DNA from: a virus
Direction: 5' to 3' (one strand)
IMG/VR virus record: IMGVR_UViG_3300021478_000015
Coordinates: 64,001 to 128,000 of that record
DNA: 64,000 bases
Shown here: piece by piece, positions 19,177-27,759 of the stretch
Numbering within the stretch: the stretch's first letter is position 1
Layout: every line of letters begins with the position of its first letter
Made by a program: the position numbers and the translations under genes
Notes under the pieces: model-generated
What the model was told of the DNA's origin: nothing
Seen by the model: the letters and a program-made list of their open reading frames with translations, nothing else
The model's database searches: none

Positions 19177-19470
19177 ATGACCACCACCAACCCTCAGCCC
19201 ATCTCTAACCCTGACCCCTTCGTCAACCGCCCGTCCTGGGAAGAAGTCATCGACCCCCTGGCGGACAGCCCCCTTTGGCCCTTCATCCGTAAGGCCGCCA
19301 CCCTGGTCCTCGAAGCCCGCCTCCACGATGCCGGTGACTACGACAGTGGCATCTCCTCCTCTGACATCAACCACACCATCTTTGCTGTCGCTTCCTGGGT
19401 ACCCCGTACCTCGGCCAGCTACCCCGGCGATGTCCTCACCCGCCTGGTCCATGAGGTGCCCCAGTCATGA
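19177..19470 (+). CDS. Hypothetical protein (leaderless)
   Basis: MTTTNP start 8 nt after the -10 box. Confidence 0.55.
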   Translation: MTTTNPQPISNPDPFVNRPSWEEVIDPLADSPLWPFIRKAATLVLEARLHDAGDYDSGISSSDINHTIFAVASWVPRTSASYPGDVLTRLVHEVPQS

Positions 19471-19655
19471 GCTACCGGGTCGTCCAGTCCTCCTGGGACC
19501 AGAGCGGCCGTCGCACTGACCAGGCCGTCACCGGCCCGGTCCGCGAGGCCCTGGCCACCATCGCCGCTCAAGCCTTAGAGCAGTTCCCGGCCATTGGCTC
19601 GGTGGTCTTCGAGGCCCCCGACCACCACTCCCGCATCACCGTGGTCCATGCCTAG
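19467..19655 (+). CDS. Hypothetical protein
   Basis: ATGA overlap; GC3 bias. Confidence 0.5.
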   Translation: MSYRVVQSSWDQSGRRTDQAVTGPVREALATIAAQALEQFPAIGSVVFEAPDHHSRITVVHA

Positions 19656-20025
19656 CACCCGCATCTATATGTCCTGCCAGGACCCCGCTCACAAGCAGCA
19701 CTGGTACGTGACTCAGCGCAACGGCAATGCCTCGGCCTTCAACGGCTACCGCTGGCAGTGGAGCGCCTACAGCCGGGTCCGCTGTCCTATCGACGGGTTG
19801 ACCTGGCGGACCAAGGCCAAGTTCGTGGACACCCTGCCGGACGCCCCGGCGGGGTGGTCGAAGGATCCTCCTCCAGGTCAACTCTGGGACCCCGAGCATC
19901 CGGTCTGGCGCGAGCACAAGCTGCTCGGCTCCGACCTCCAGTATCACCTCTCCGAGTGCGTGCTCACGCTCATGCCGGTCAGCGACGGCTTCCACTGCAC
20001 CTGCCGGGATTACTCCCCCGATTGA
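19648..20025 (+). CDS. Hypothetical protein
   Basis: W.V.QRN.N.SAFNGYR...S.YS.V.C....WRTKA motif; overlap-coupled. Confidence 0.55.
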   Translation: MPSTRIYMSCQDPAHKQHWYVTQRNGNASAFNGYRWQWSAYSRVRCPIDGLTWRTKAKFVDTLPDAPAGWSKDPPPGQLWDPEHPVWREHKLLGSDLQYHLSECVLTLMPVSDGFHCTCRDYSPD

Positions 20026-20110
20026 CATGGCGACCGACATCGTCCATGCCGCCAACAATCAGGCCTTCATCGAGGAGATGGCCCGGTGGCTCCAGGAGCA
20101 TCCCGAAGGC

Positions 20111-20142
20111 GACTTGCCCTCTCTAGCCTTTTCTGCTAATGT
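20111..20142 (+). promoter_or_regulatory. Early promoter, copy 5
   Basis: TTGCCC-17 bp-TAATGT with TG extension and CTCTAGC box; ATG 20150. Confidence 0.7.
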
Positions 20143-20149
20143 CTCAGTC

Positions 20150-20467
20150 ATGGCCACCACCTTCGCTTGTGCCACCTGCTTCGACACCGAGACCATCGAT
20201 GTAGGCGGGCGTGAGATCGTCTGCCCGGATTGCACCTCGGTCACCATCAAGCTGACTGGCCTGGCCCACGGGCTCGGGCTGGAGGGCGAGCGCTACGCCA
20301 CCGCCACCGCCTGGACCTCCTCGACCATCACCTTCACCGCCGCCACCAAGGCCGCCATCCTGGCCGACGTGACCGCGGTCGAGCGCAAGGCCAAGGCCGG
20401 GACCAAGGGCCGCACCTCGGCCTCGTCCTGGGCCATCGCCATCGCCAAGCGGGTGCGTCGGTCATGA
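20150..20467 (+). CDS. Zn-ribbon hypothetical protein
   Basis: CATC...CPDC; start reassigned to the leaderless ATG. Confidence 0.55.
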   Translation: MATTFACATCFDTETIDVGGREIVCPDCTSVTIKLTGLAHGLGLEGERYATATAWTSSTITFTAATKAAILADVTAVERKAKAGTKGRTSASSWAIAIAKRVRRS

Positions 20468-20655
20468 CCGCCAGCAAGGACGACTTCCGCCGTCACACCC
20501 TGCGGACCTTCGAGCACGATGAGGACCGCTACATCGCCTGCTGCGTGGGCTGTAGCTGGCGCAGTGACCCCGAGGAGACCAAGCGTGACGCCCGCCGGGC
20601 GCACTCCGACCACGTCCTCTCCGAGCGACTCAAGCCCCACACAGGAGAACCATGA
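20464..20655 (+). CDS. Small Cys/His protein
   Basis: ATGA-coupled on both sides; CVGCSW...AHSDH. Confidence 0.5.
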   Translation: MTASKDDFRRHTLRTFEHDEDRYIACCVGCSWRSDPEETKRDARRAHSDHVLSERLKPHTGEP

Positions 20656-21227
20656 CCGTCATCGACACCGAGTTCCTGGAGGGCTGGGGCAATCGCCCGG
20701 ACGCCTTTCGGCCGTTCTTCGTCACCGCCCGCGACGACATCCGCATCACCATGCTGGACGCCCTGATCCACGCCTGTCGCTTCGTGGAGGACGGCGAGTA
20801 CGGCACCTCCGACCCCGATGGTCAAGTCTTGTTGGCCTGGGCGCAACTGTGGCGGCCCAAGCTGCAGCGCTATCGGCACAAGGACTGGATCCCCGGCGGG
20901 GTGGCCGACCGCAACGGGCTCATGGACGTGGTGGCGGACTTCGTGGCCTACGAGGAGACCATCCGCGACTTCGGTGGCTGGGACAAGCTCAAGCGCTACG
21001 AGGACGATCCTCAGGGCGAGTACCTGCCCGACGAGTGCGACCCGGACTGCCTGGAGCGGTACCTGATCTACAGCATCCTGTCGGGCTACCAGATGGTCCT
21101 GGACGCCGACTACATCGGCACCGGTATCCGCAAGCGCCAGGCCGAGGACCAGAGGCGCTACGAGGCCGCTCTGCGCCGCTGGGAGGCCGGTCCTCGCTGG
21201 CTGCCCCAGCCCCAGCCCCCGTCATGA
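20652..21227 (+). CDS. Hypothetical protein
   Basis: GGAG SD site; strong GC3 bias. Confidence 0.65.
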   Translation: MTVIDTEFLEGWGNRPDAFRPFFVTARDDIRITMLDALIHACRFVEDGEYGTSDPDGQVLLAWAQLWRPKLQRYRHKDWIPGGVADRNGLMDVVADFVAYEETIRDFGGWDKLKRYEDDPQGEYLPDECDPDCLERYLIYSILSGYQMVLDADYIGTGIRKRQAEDQRRYEAALRRWEAGPRWLPQPQPPS

Positions 21228-21430
21228 GCCTGCCTCGCTTCTACGTGCGCCAGGAGGGCTCTGTGCGCCACTGGGTGGTCATGGACCGCACCACCGGCAC
21301 CACGGCCACTCTGGGCACCTCACCGACCTTAGATTGGCGCTCAGCCACCCACGTCAGCTTCTCGCAGGCCCTCATGGAGGAGCGTGCCCTGGAGTTGAAC
21401 CGCCGCTTTGACGGCTGGAGGCAACCATGA
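21224..21430 (+). CDS. Hypothetical protein
   Basis: ATGA-coupled (MSLPRFYV...). Confidence 0.5.
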   Translation: MSLPRFYVRQEGSVRHWVVMDRTTGTTATLGTSPTLDWRSATHVSFSQALMEERALELNRRFDGWRQP

Positions 21431-21600
21431 CCACCGAGCCCCAGGAGCCCTCTCAGGACGCCCTGGAGGCCCTCAAGCGCCTGCCGAGGCGTATCGGGTG
21501 GGTGCAAGGCTACCAGCGCCGCCAGCGCCAGCCTGACGGCACCTGGCGGGACGTGCCGGTCAAGGGCCACGTCCGGGTCTACCCCAGGGTCAAGTCATGA
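21427..21600 (+). CDS. Hypothetical 57-aa protein (not in ORF track)
   Basis: ATGA-coupled at both ends; GGAGG SD site. Confidence 0.5.
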   Translation: MTTEPQEPSQDALEALKRLPRRIGWVQGYQRRQRQPDGTWRDVPVKGHVRVYPRVKS

Positions 21601-21887
21601 AAGGGCGCGCAGTTTTGGCTCCAGGTGGATATACGAGGGCTACAACGACCTGGCGGCAACTGCGCCTCCTGGATTGGATGCGCGACCCCCGCCATCCTGA
21701 CTTGCCCACCCATGAGGCCATCCGCTGGTCCGAGGCCCTGTGGCCGGTGTCGGCCTTGGTGCGCCTGTCCGAAGTGGCCGAGCCCTACACCTACGCCCGC
21801 TGCCGACGTGACCTGGAGGCCCTCCAGGCCCAGAATCTGGTCAACCAGATCGTGCCCGGCCGCTGGCGGGTGGGAGCCCTGTCCTGA
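21597..21887 (+). CDS. Possible winged-HTH protein
   Basis: RRDLEALQAQNLV....GRWRV resembles a wHTH C-terminal wing. Confidence 0.4.
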   Translation: MKGRAVLAPGGYTRATTTWRQLRLLDWMRDPRHPDLPTHEAIRWSEALWPVSALVRLSEVAEPYTYARCRRDLEALQAQNLVNQIVPGRWRVGALS

Positions 21888-22123
21888 GCATAGAAGCCCG
21901 CCTGACCGCGCTGGCCCGGCGGACCATCCCCGATCGGTACGGCCGGGAGGGCATCACCGTGAACTGGTACCCGCGCTCGGATGACCGGGGGGAGTGGGTC
22001 ATCCGGCTGGCCGTCTTCCAGGTGAAGGCCGGAGCCAACCGCAGATGGGTCGAGGTGCGTTACCCCAGTCTGGAGGTCGCGGTCTCCGAGGCCGAGAACA
22101 AGCTGACTGCCGAGGGACGATGA
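21884..22123 (+). CDS. Hypothetical 79-aa protein with probable CTG start
   Basis: Fills the gap exactly with 4-bp overlaps (CTGA, ATGA); GGGAG 7 nt upstream; no ATG/GTG/TTG between it and the upstream in-frame stop. Confidence 0.45.
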   Translation: MSIEARLTALARRTIPDRYGREGITVNWYPRSDDRGEWVIRLAVFQVKAGANRRWVEVRYPSLEVAVSEAENKLTAEGR

Positions 22124-22404
22124 GCGACATCGAGGCCGAGCCCATCCGTTTGTGGTTCGAGCCCGATCGCATCGTCATCGAGGGCTCCTGGGTGGCGGTG
22201 CCGTTGACGCTACGGCCGGGTGACTCCCTGCACCTGGCCCACAGCTACCGGCGGGTGCTGGTCTACTACCTGCTGGGCGACGAGGAGTTCCCGCCCGAGA
22301 CCTTGACGCGCCTGGTCCGCTGGGGTGCCGATCGGGGTCTGGACCTGCAGCAGGAAGACTTCCTGGCGCTACTCCGCATCCTGCATGGCGCGGACCTGCC
22401 GTGA
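22120..22404 (+). CDS. Hypothetical protein
   Basis: ATGA-coupled (MSDIEAEP...). Confidence 0.5.
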   Translation: MSDIEAEPIRLWFEPDRIVIEGSWVAVPLTLRPGDSLHLAHSYRRVLVYYLLGDEEFPPETLTRLVRWGADRGLDLQQEDFLALLRILHGADLP

Positions 22405-22412
22405 CAACGAGA

Positions 22413-22437
22413 AGGACCCCCCGAGATGGGGGGTCCT
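22413..22437. terminator. Hairpin between convergent genes
   Basis: AGGACCCCCC-GAGAT-GGGGGGTCCT, perfect 10-bp stem. Confidence 0.6.
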
Positions 22438-22456
22438 CCCTGGTAGCTGGTGGGGA

Positions 22457-22999
22457 TCAGTGCAGGTCGATGAAGCCCACCGCCACCGCGTTGTCGGTCT
22501 CGAAGGCCGAGAACTGGGCATTGAAGTTGCAGTTGCCGTTCAGTAGTCGAGGCTGGAAGCCGTTGACGTTGACGGTGACCACGAAGCCGCCCGTGGCGTG
22601 ACGGTAGAACCCGGTGCCGCCCACCACGCGGGCGGTGATGCCGGTGATGCGAGCGGTGAAGCCGCAGGTGAAGATGTTCTCGCGGCCGGGGAAGAAGTTG
22701 CCCCCGGTGGTGAGCACGGTGATGGAGCCGACCGGATCGATCAGGAGCACCCGACCGCTGTTGACCGGGTCAGTCTTGAGCGACGGAATGCCGGTGATGT
22801 TGCCCCGGTTGGTGGAGATGGGGCCACGGCCGGTCCAGGGGCCGACGCCGAAGCCGGAGCCGACCTCGTACTGGGTGGAGTGGATGACCTCGGGGCCGCG
22901 GGTGGGTATGGCGTTGGCCGAGGCCACCAGGCCTCCGGTGACCGAGCCGACCAGGGCCAGTGCGGATAGGGCGAGCAGCCCTCGTTTCCAGATGTGCAT
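22457..22999 (-). CDS. Secreted protein, dirigent/allene-oxide-cyclase-like beta-barrel
   Basis: Signal peptide MHIWKRGLLALSALAL...ANA; VVGGTGFYRHATG motif. Confidence 0.55.
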   Translation of the reverse strand: MHIWKRGLLALSALALVGSVTGGLVASANAIPTRGPEVIHSTQYEVGSGFGVGPWTGRGPISTNRGNITGIPSLKTDPVNSGRVLLIDPVGSITVLTTGGNFFPGRENIFTCGFTARITGITARVVGGTGFYRHATGGFVVTVNVNGFQPRLLNGNCNFNAQFSAFETDNAVAVGFIDLH

Positions 23000-23090
23000 T
23001 CGGTACCCCTTGCTGCTGAGACGCTGGGCGGATTGTCCGAGCGCACCAGCGACCGTACTGGGAGGACCTTGACCGGTCAATAGTCGGGGT

Positions 23091-23122
23091 GACTGGACTC
23101 CTCTAAGCTAGTCTGCTAATGT
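23091..23122 (+). promoter_or_regulatory. Early promoter, copy 6
   Basis: TGGACT-17 bp-TAATGT with TG extension and CTCTAAG box; ATG 23131. Confidence 0.7.
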
Positions 23123-23130
23123 GCTTGGCG

Positions 23131-23502
23131 ATGACCACCACCCAGTTCCCATCGCTTGTGGTCCTGCGCTCGGGTCGCATCGCTTACGTCGATGCCGATC
23201 GCAAGGCCACCCTAGAGACCTGCCCCTGGCTCGTCCGGGTGCCCTCCAATCATCCCGAGCCCGACTCCGAGGCCGATTGCTGGCTCGAAGTCGCCTGCGG
23301 CGCTCCCCTGTTCGCCATCGACGGTGACATCGAGGCCGGTTGGCATTGCGCCCACGGCCACCGTCACCTGACCTACGGCTCGCCTGCTCAGATCGCGGAA
23401 GAGCGCCTCGAAGCCGAGGTCGAGCTTGCCGCCTCCCACGATCCTCGTATCGCCGCCCGGCTGGACGCGGGCGAGTCCTGGCAGTCGGTGATGTACTCAT
23501 GA
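23131..23502 (+). CDS. Hypothetical Cys/His protein (leaderless)
   Basis: C..CGA...GWHCAHGHRH. Confidence 0.55.
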   Translation: MTTTQFPSLVVLRSGRIAYVDADRKATLETCPWLVRVPSNHPEPDSEADCWLEVACGAPLFAIDGDIEAGWHCAHGHRHLTYGSPAQIAEERLEAEVELAASHDPRIAARLDAGESWQSVMYS

Positions 23503-23690
23503 TCATCCTGGCCACCGGCTTCGTCCGCGACGAGGGCACCCTGGTGCTCTTGTCCGGGCTGACCGAGTACAACCGCCCGGTGATCTTCGCCGTCGAGCAC
23601 CGCTACGCCGGAGACATCCTGGCCGCCGTCGAGGCCGGTGAGGAGCCCGAGTGCGAGGTGCCCCACTACCTGATCGTGAGTAGCTCATGA
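23499..23690 (+). CDS. Hypothetical protein
   Basis: ATGA-coupled. Confidence 0.5.
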   Translation: MIILATGFVRDEGTLVLLSGLTEYNRPVIFAVEHRYAGDILAAVEAGEEPECEVPHYLIVSSS

Positions 23691-23829
23691 CCGCCGAGGA
23701 GATGCTGGCCGCCATGCTGGCCACCCTGGAGGCCTGGCGGGACTCGCTGCCGACCGGCCATCAGGAGAAGCCCGGAGCCATCCGCTCCGTCGAGGTCCTG
23801 CGGGCCTACGGCACCAAGGCGCTGCGGTC

Positions 23830-24048
23830 ATGACCCACTCCCTGTCCCTGGCCATCGCCATCGTGCTGGGTGGTATCGGGGCCTTTGTGGCCCTGTGGTA
23901 CCTGATCGGCATGGGCATCGGCATCGCTCAGCGCGGCTACAACCGCATCGCCCCCTACCGCATCACCACCAAGGTGGTCGAGCCCCCGCCCCTCTCGGGC
24001 ATGCGTCGGCCGCCCTACACCTGGGAGAACTGGGAGTCGAGACGATGA
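23830..24048 (+). CDS. Small membrane protein
   Basis: N-terminal hydrophobic helix. Confidence 0.5.
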   Translation: MTHSLSLAIAIVLGGIGAFVALWYLIGMGIGIAQRGYNRIAPYRITTKVVEPPPLSGMRRPPYTWENWESRR

Positions 24049-24233
24049 GCAATGATGACCCCACCACCAATGTGCTCCTGGCCGACCTGCTCAATCGGGT
24101 CGAGGCCCTCGAAGAGTGGTCCAAGACGGTGCATGATCTGCTGGAGTCGGTCGGCAAGATCCATCAGGAGATGCTGGGCCTGGCCATCGAGTTGGCCGAG
24201 GCCGTCACCAAGCTGCAGGCCAAGCCGTCATGA
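24045..24233 (+). CDS. Small coiled-coil protein
   Basis: ATGA-coupled; heptad pattern. Confidence 0.5.
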   Translation: MSNDDPTTNVLLADLLNRVEALEEWSKTVHDLLESVGKIHQEMLGLAIELAEAVTKLQAKPS

Positions 24234-24490
24234 ACACCTTCTGGGCCGCATTCGTGGGTGGTCTGTCAGGAGCTATGACCACCCAGTTGTTCAACTGGCT
24301 ACGCCAGCGTGATGCCCGGCGTAAGGCCCGGCAGAGATGGATGGAGCGATGAGCCGCGAAGACCAGCGCCGGGAGGATCAGGAAGAGGCCATCGACACCG
24401 CTTGTCGCCGGGTCATCGATGTGACCGGCCTGGTCAAAGCGACCGATGATGTACTGGAGTTCCTCCGAGAGATGGCCGAGAAGTATGACC

Positions 24491-24763
24491 ATGCCTGATG
24501 TCCCCTACAACCGCCGGGCTGAGGCCGGGGCCAAAGCCGCTCGCATGCTGGGCGTCGATGTGTCCTGGCTACCGCACATCGTGCAGGTCTTGTACCGGGA
24601 CTATCCCAACGAGCTTGACACCGCCATTGGCACGGCCGTAACCGAGCATCTCGAAGATCGGAATAACGATCCCGAGCGTCACCCTTATACTGGAGATGGC
24701 ACCAGCAGTTGTGTCTTCTGTAACTATCCCATGAATGCCCACCTAGAAGGAACAGGACTATGA
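24491..24763 (+). CDS. Hypothetical protein
   Basis: C-terminal H.Y......C..C......H motif. Confidence 0.5.
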   Translation: MPDVPYNRRAEAGAKAARMLGVDVSWLPHIVQVLYRDYPNELDTAIGTAVTEHLEDRNNDPERHPYTGDGTSSCVFCNYPMNAHLEGTGL

Positions 24764-24999
24764 CCACCACACCGAACACCGATGACATCCGCCGGGACAT
24801 GATCGAGACCGGCCAGACCAGGGAGGACCTGATGGCCAACATCGGCCCCACCTGGGACACCACGGCCATGCAGAAGGAGTTTGAGCCCCTCGGCTTCGCC
24901 GCCCCCTTCATCGTGGTCCGTCGCCGCTCAGACGGGGCCAAGGGATCCCTGGAGTTCACCCACTCGCCCAGGGTGTACTTCAACTGGGTGGCGGACTGA
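24760..24999 (+). CDS. Conserved phage hypothetical protein
   Basis: WDT..MQ.EFE..GFAAPF.VVRR.SDG.KGSLEF.HSPR.YF motif. Confidence 0.65.
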   Translation: MTTTPNTDDIRRDMIETGQTREDLMANIGPTWDTTAMQKEFEPLGFAAPFIVVRRRSDGAKGSLEFTHSPRVYFNWVAD

Positions 25000-25343
25000 T
25001 GGCCACCACACCTCGCACCAGCTTCGGCTGGGAGACCGACAGTGCCTTCGGACCCCGCGCCATCATCGCCACCCCGGAGCGCTCCATGGCAGGCAACATC
25101 GTGTTGCGGGCTGGACCGGCCTACGAGGATGGTGGCTGGTCGCAATCCCTCCACATCGTCCTCACCCCCACCGAGGCGGCTGAGCTTGTGGCCGCCATCC
25201 AGGCCCAGATCGGAGATGACACCTCGGCTCGTTGGCAACAGCTTGCCCGGCGCATCCTCAAGGCCAACGACGATCCCGAAGAGGCCGCCAAGCTGCACGC
25301 CGACACCATGGCGGCCATCCTGAGTGAGGTCCCGGAGACGTGA
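24999..25343 (+). CDS. Hypothetical protein
   Basis: TGATG coupling. Confidence 0.5.
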   Translation: MATTPRTSFGWETDSAFGPRAIIATPERSMAGNIVLRAGPAYEDGGWSQSLHIVLTPTEAAELVAAIQAQIGDDTSARWQQLARRILKANDDPEEAAKLHADTMAAILSEVPET

Positions 25344-25512
25344 GCGTCTACGAGCCCCACTTCTGGGGCGACCTGTGGTACGAGGTGTTCCCCGAGGACC
25401 GGCCGGAGTCAGAGCCCGGCGGATTGGGCCACGTTGAGCAGCCACCACATGGTGAAGCCGAGCACGATGGCCTCGATCAGCAGGCAGACGAGTAGGACCC
25501 GGCCGGGGTGTC

Positions 25513-26283
25513 TCAGGTCACCGGGGCGGTGAACACCGAGTTCCAGGTCTGGGGACCTACCAGGCCGTCCGCGGTGAGATGCTTCTCGCGTTGGTACTGA
25601 ACGGTGACCTGCTCACTCTGCGGCCCGAATATGCCATCGACACCAATGGCCCAGCCCCGGTTTTTCATCTGCTGCTGGTACGTCCGCACATCGGGCACCG
25701 TCGAGTTGTGGGTGCGGCCAAAGTAGTCCACATGCAGCGGCGGCACCCCCGCTGGAGGCTTGGGGGCCGGGGTGGGAGGCTTGGGATCAGGAGCAGGGGC
25801 GCTGCCCTGAGCGGCGGTCAGGATGGCTTGGCGGCGGTTCTTGCGGAGATCACCAGGGCAACCGGTGTGACCACCCCAGGCCGCCCCGCCCATCCCATGC
25901 CATCCGAAGCCGCGAACACCGGGGCTCTCAGCCAGGCTGTAGGGCCAGCCGTAGACATCGTGGCCCCACTTGTACAGCCGGGCCAGGGTGGCCTCAGCGG
26001 CGGCGGTGAGGGGCTCGGTGGTGTAGCCCTCACTCTCGATGGAGTTGTAGGTGCTGTTGCCCTGGGCTTGTGCCCAGGCCGACACGTTGGCGTCCACGTA
26101 CTGCTCCAGCACGCCGGTCTTGGACACCCACCACGTCGAGGAGGCCCCGGCCCCAGGATTGTTGAACCATCCGGCCAGCGAGTTGTTGCCCTGCTGGACG
26201 TGCAGCACCAGGCCCAGGTGGCTGGCCATGACCCCGCCATGGCCGGACACCGGCTTCCATACTGCGAACGGGCAGACGGTCAT
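25513..26283 (-). CDS. N-acetylmuramoyl-L-alanine amidase (amidase_2) with peptidoglycan-binding domain; endolysin
   Basis: GLVLHV...S.WWV...G.LEQYV...AWAQ..GN....SIE.EG...GWH...HTGCPG; Pro linker; VDGIFGPQS...ADGLVGPQTW. Confidence 0.85.
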   Translation of the reverse strand: MTVCPFAVWKPVSGHGGVMASHLGLVLHVQQGNNSLAGWFNNPGAGASSTWWVSKTGVLEQYVDANVSAWAQAQGNSTYNSIESEGYTTEPLTAAAEATLARLYKWGHDVYGWPYSLAESPGVRGFGWHGMGGAAWGGHTGCPGDLRKNRRQAILTAAQGSAPAPDPKPPTPAPKPPAGVPPLHVDYFGRTHNSTVPDVRTYQQQMKNRGWAIGVDGIFGPQSEQVTVQYQREKHLTADGLVGPQTWNSVFTAPVT

Positions 26284-26450
26284 GCCTGGTCCTCCTCGGG
26301 GATGGGCTGCTCGGGTACGTCGGGCTCATCGGGATGCTCCCCCGAGAACTCGGTGCCGCCCTTGTCATCTACCGGCTCGACATTGCTCATGGCACTCCTT
26401 CCAGCTAGGAAGCTCACCTGTCAGGAGCCTACTCACCTGGGCACGTACCC

Positions 26451-26714
26451 TTGACCATGACCGATGAGGTGCGGCGCAAGCCGCTGGATATCGCTTTAGC
26501 CGAAGAGGCGGCCTGGCGTCAAGGCCTGCTGGTAGTGGGCAACATCAAGAAGGCGTATTTGCGAGAGCGCAAGCATCTGCTTGATGTAGGATTCCCAGCC
26601 GGACACGCCCTGTGTGAGGACTTCGACAAGGGGGCCGAGAAGTGGGCCGCTATCGAGACCAACATGCGACGGGACTACCATAAGCACATCGAGGAGAATC
26701 AGATCCGGATATGA
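26451..26714 (+). CDS. Hypothetical protein
   Basis: First gene of a coupled chain. Confidence 0.5.
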   Translation: MTMTDEVRRKPLDIALAEEAAWRQGLLVVGNIKKAYLRERKHLLDVGFPAGHALCEDFDKGAEKWAAIETNMRRDYHKHIEENQIRI

Positions 26715-26839
26715 GCGAGGAGGAGCCCGAGGAGATGACGTACTTCCTCGGCTGTACCTGTGACCATGACCCGGAGGAGCACGGCTGGGGTCATTGTGAG
26801 GTGGATGGATGTCCTTGCGAGGGAGGGTGGGAGGAATGA
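26711..26839 (+). CDS. 42-aa Cys/His microprotein (not in ORF track)
   Basis: CTCDHDPEEHGWGHCEVDGCPC; ATGA-coupled at both ends. Confidence 0.5.
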   Translation: MSEEEPEEMTYFLGCTCDHDPEEHGWGHCEVDGCPCEGGWEE

Positions 26840-26978
26840 GCGCGGCCTATCACATCCGCTGGACCGACGACGAAGGCGAGCATCGCGAGGTGCGCTGGAA
26901 TCAGGGGGATGCCATTACCCTGTTCGTCCTGGTCATCGCCAAGGGCGAAGCGGAAGATGTCGAACTGGTGTTCTCGTC

Positions 26979-27299
26979 ATGAGCACCTGGGATGAGGTCA
27001 TCGGCCTGGTCAACGCCCAGGCCATGGACGAGGGCTTGTGGTTTCGGGCTGAGACCGTGGCGGAGGCCTACCTGCAGCGAGAGCTACGCCGCCTGCACGC
27101 CGCCGTTGAGGGCCTCTTAGAGGACCGTCGTCACATCGTTCAGTTTGAGGAGGACGACTGGATGATCGCCCATCCCCTGGCCGAGCGCCTGGAGGGATCC
27201 TTGCTCGACTGCCCTATGCGCTGGGATGAGCCCGACCCAGGCTTACGAGGCCGGTACTGGCTGCACGATGACGGCACCCTGGGCGAGGAGATCCCATGA
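26979..27299 (+). CDS. Hypothetical protein
   Basis: QA.DEGLWF.AET..EAYLQ.ELRRLH motif; ATGA-coupled. Confidence 0.55.
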   Translation: MSTWDEVIGLVNAQAMDEGLWFRAETVAEAYLQRELRRLHAAVEGLLEDRRHIVQFEEDDWMIAHPLAERLEGSLLDCPMRWDEPDPGLRGRYWLHDDGTLGEEIP

Positions 27300-27559
27300 G
27301 CTACGGCTGCCGGGACTTGGACGACGGCCGTCACCTGTGCGTAGTCGATCTCACCTATGGGCGCGCCCGGCTGCTGATCTCCTCCAACGCCTGTCACCTC
27401 ACCTATGACGACGCCTACTGATATGACCTCCCTGTGGTTGCGGTCGCAACCATGCATCAATGGGATGGCCAAGGTGAGCCCACTGGCTGGATGCGAAACC
27501 CCATGACCGGACGACGACGGCCGGACGGGGATCCGGAGCGGGAGTACGTGGACCCATGA
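27296..27559 (+). CDS. 87-codon gene with in-frame TGA at codon 42 (selenocysteine candidate or nonsense allele)
   Basis: Frame fills the gap exactly with ATGA overlaps at both ends; reads YDDAY*YD...WDGQGEPTGWMRNPMTGRRRPDGDP; SECIS-like hairpin follows the TGA. Confidence 0.55.
27433..27454 (+). promoter_or_regulatory. SECIS-like stem-loop
   Basis: TGGTTGC-GGTC-GCAACCA plus two G-U pairs; loop begins 21 nt after TGA 27419-21. Confidence 0.4.
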
Positions 27560-27759
27560 GCGCAGCATCATCGACCACGGGGCGTGGATCGCTGGTTGTA
27601 GAGCTACCTGAACCGGTGCAGGTGGCTGACGGTAGATGGCTGGTGGCCGTATGGATCAATGCCCGGCGTCCCGACATCACCGCGGCGAGAGCGGTCCCGA
27701 TGTACGTTCCGAATCGAGATCAGTGGGTGCCCTCTATCGACAGATCCGAGGCATCATGA
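27556..27759 (+). CDS. Hypothetical protein
   Basis: ATGA-coupled. Confidence 0.45.
   Translation: MSAASSTTGRGSLVVELPEPVQVADGRWLVAVWINARRPDITAARAVPMYVPNRDQWVPSIDRSEAS

Noticed and set aside
27296-27559. Genome-wide TGA reassignment (alternative genetic code)
   Set aside because: TGA serves as the normal stop in dozens of ATGA/TGATG overlaps; only this gene shows an internal TGA.
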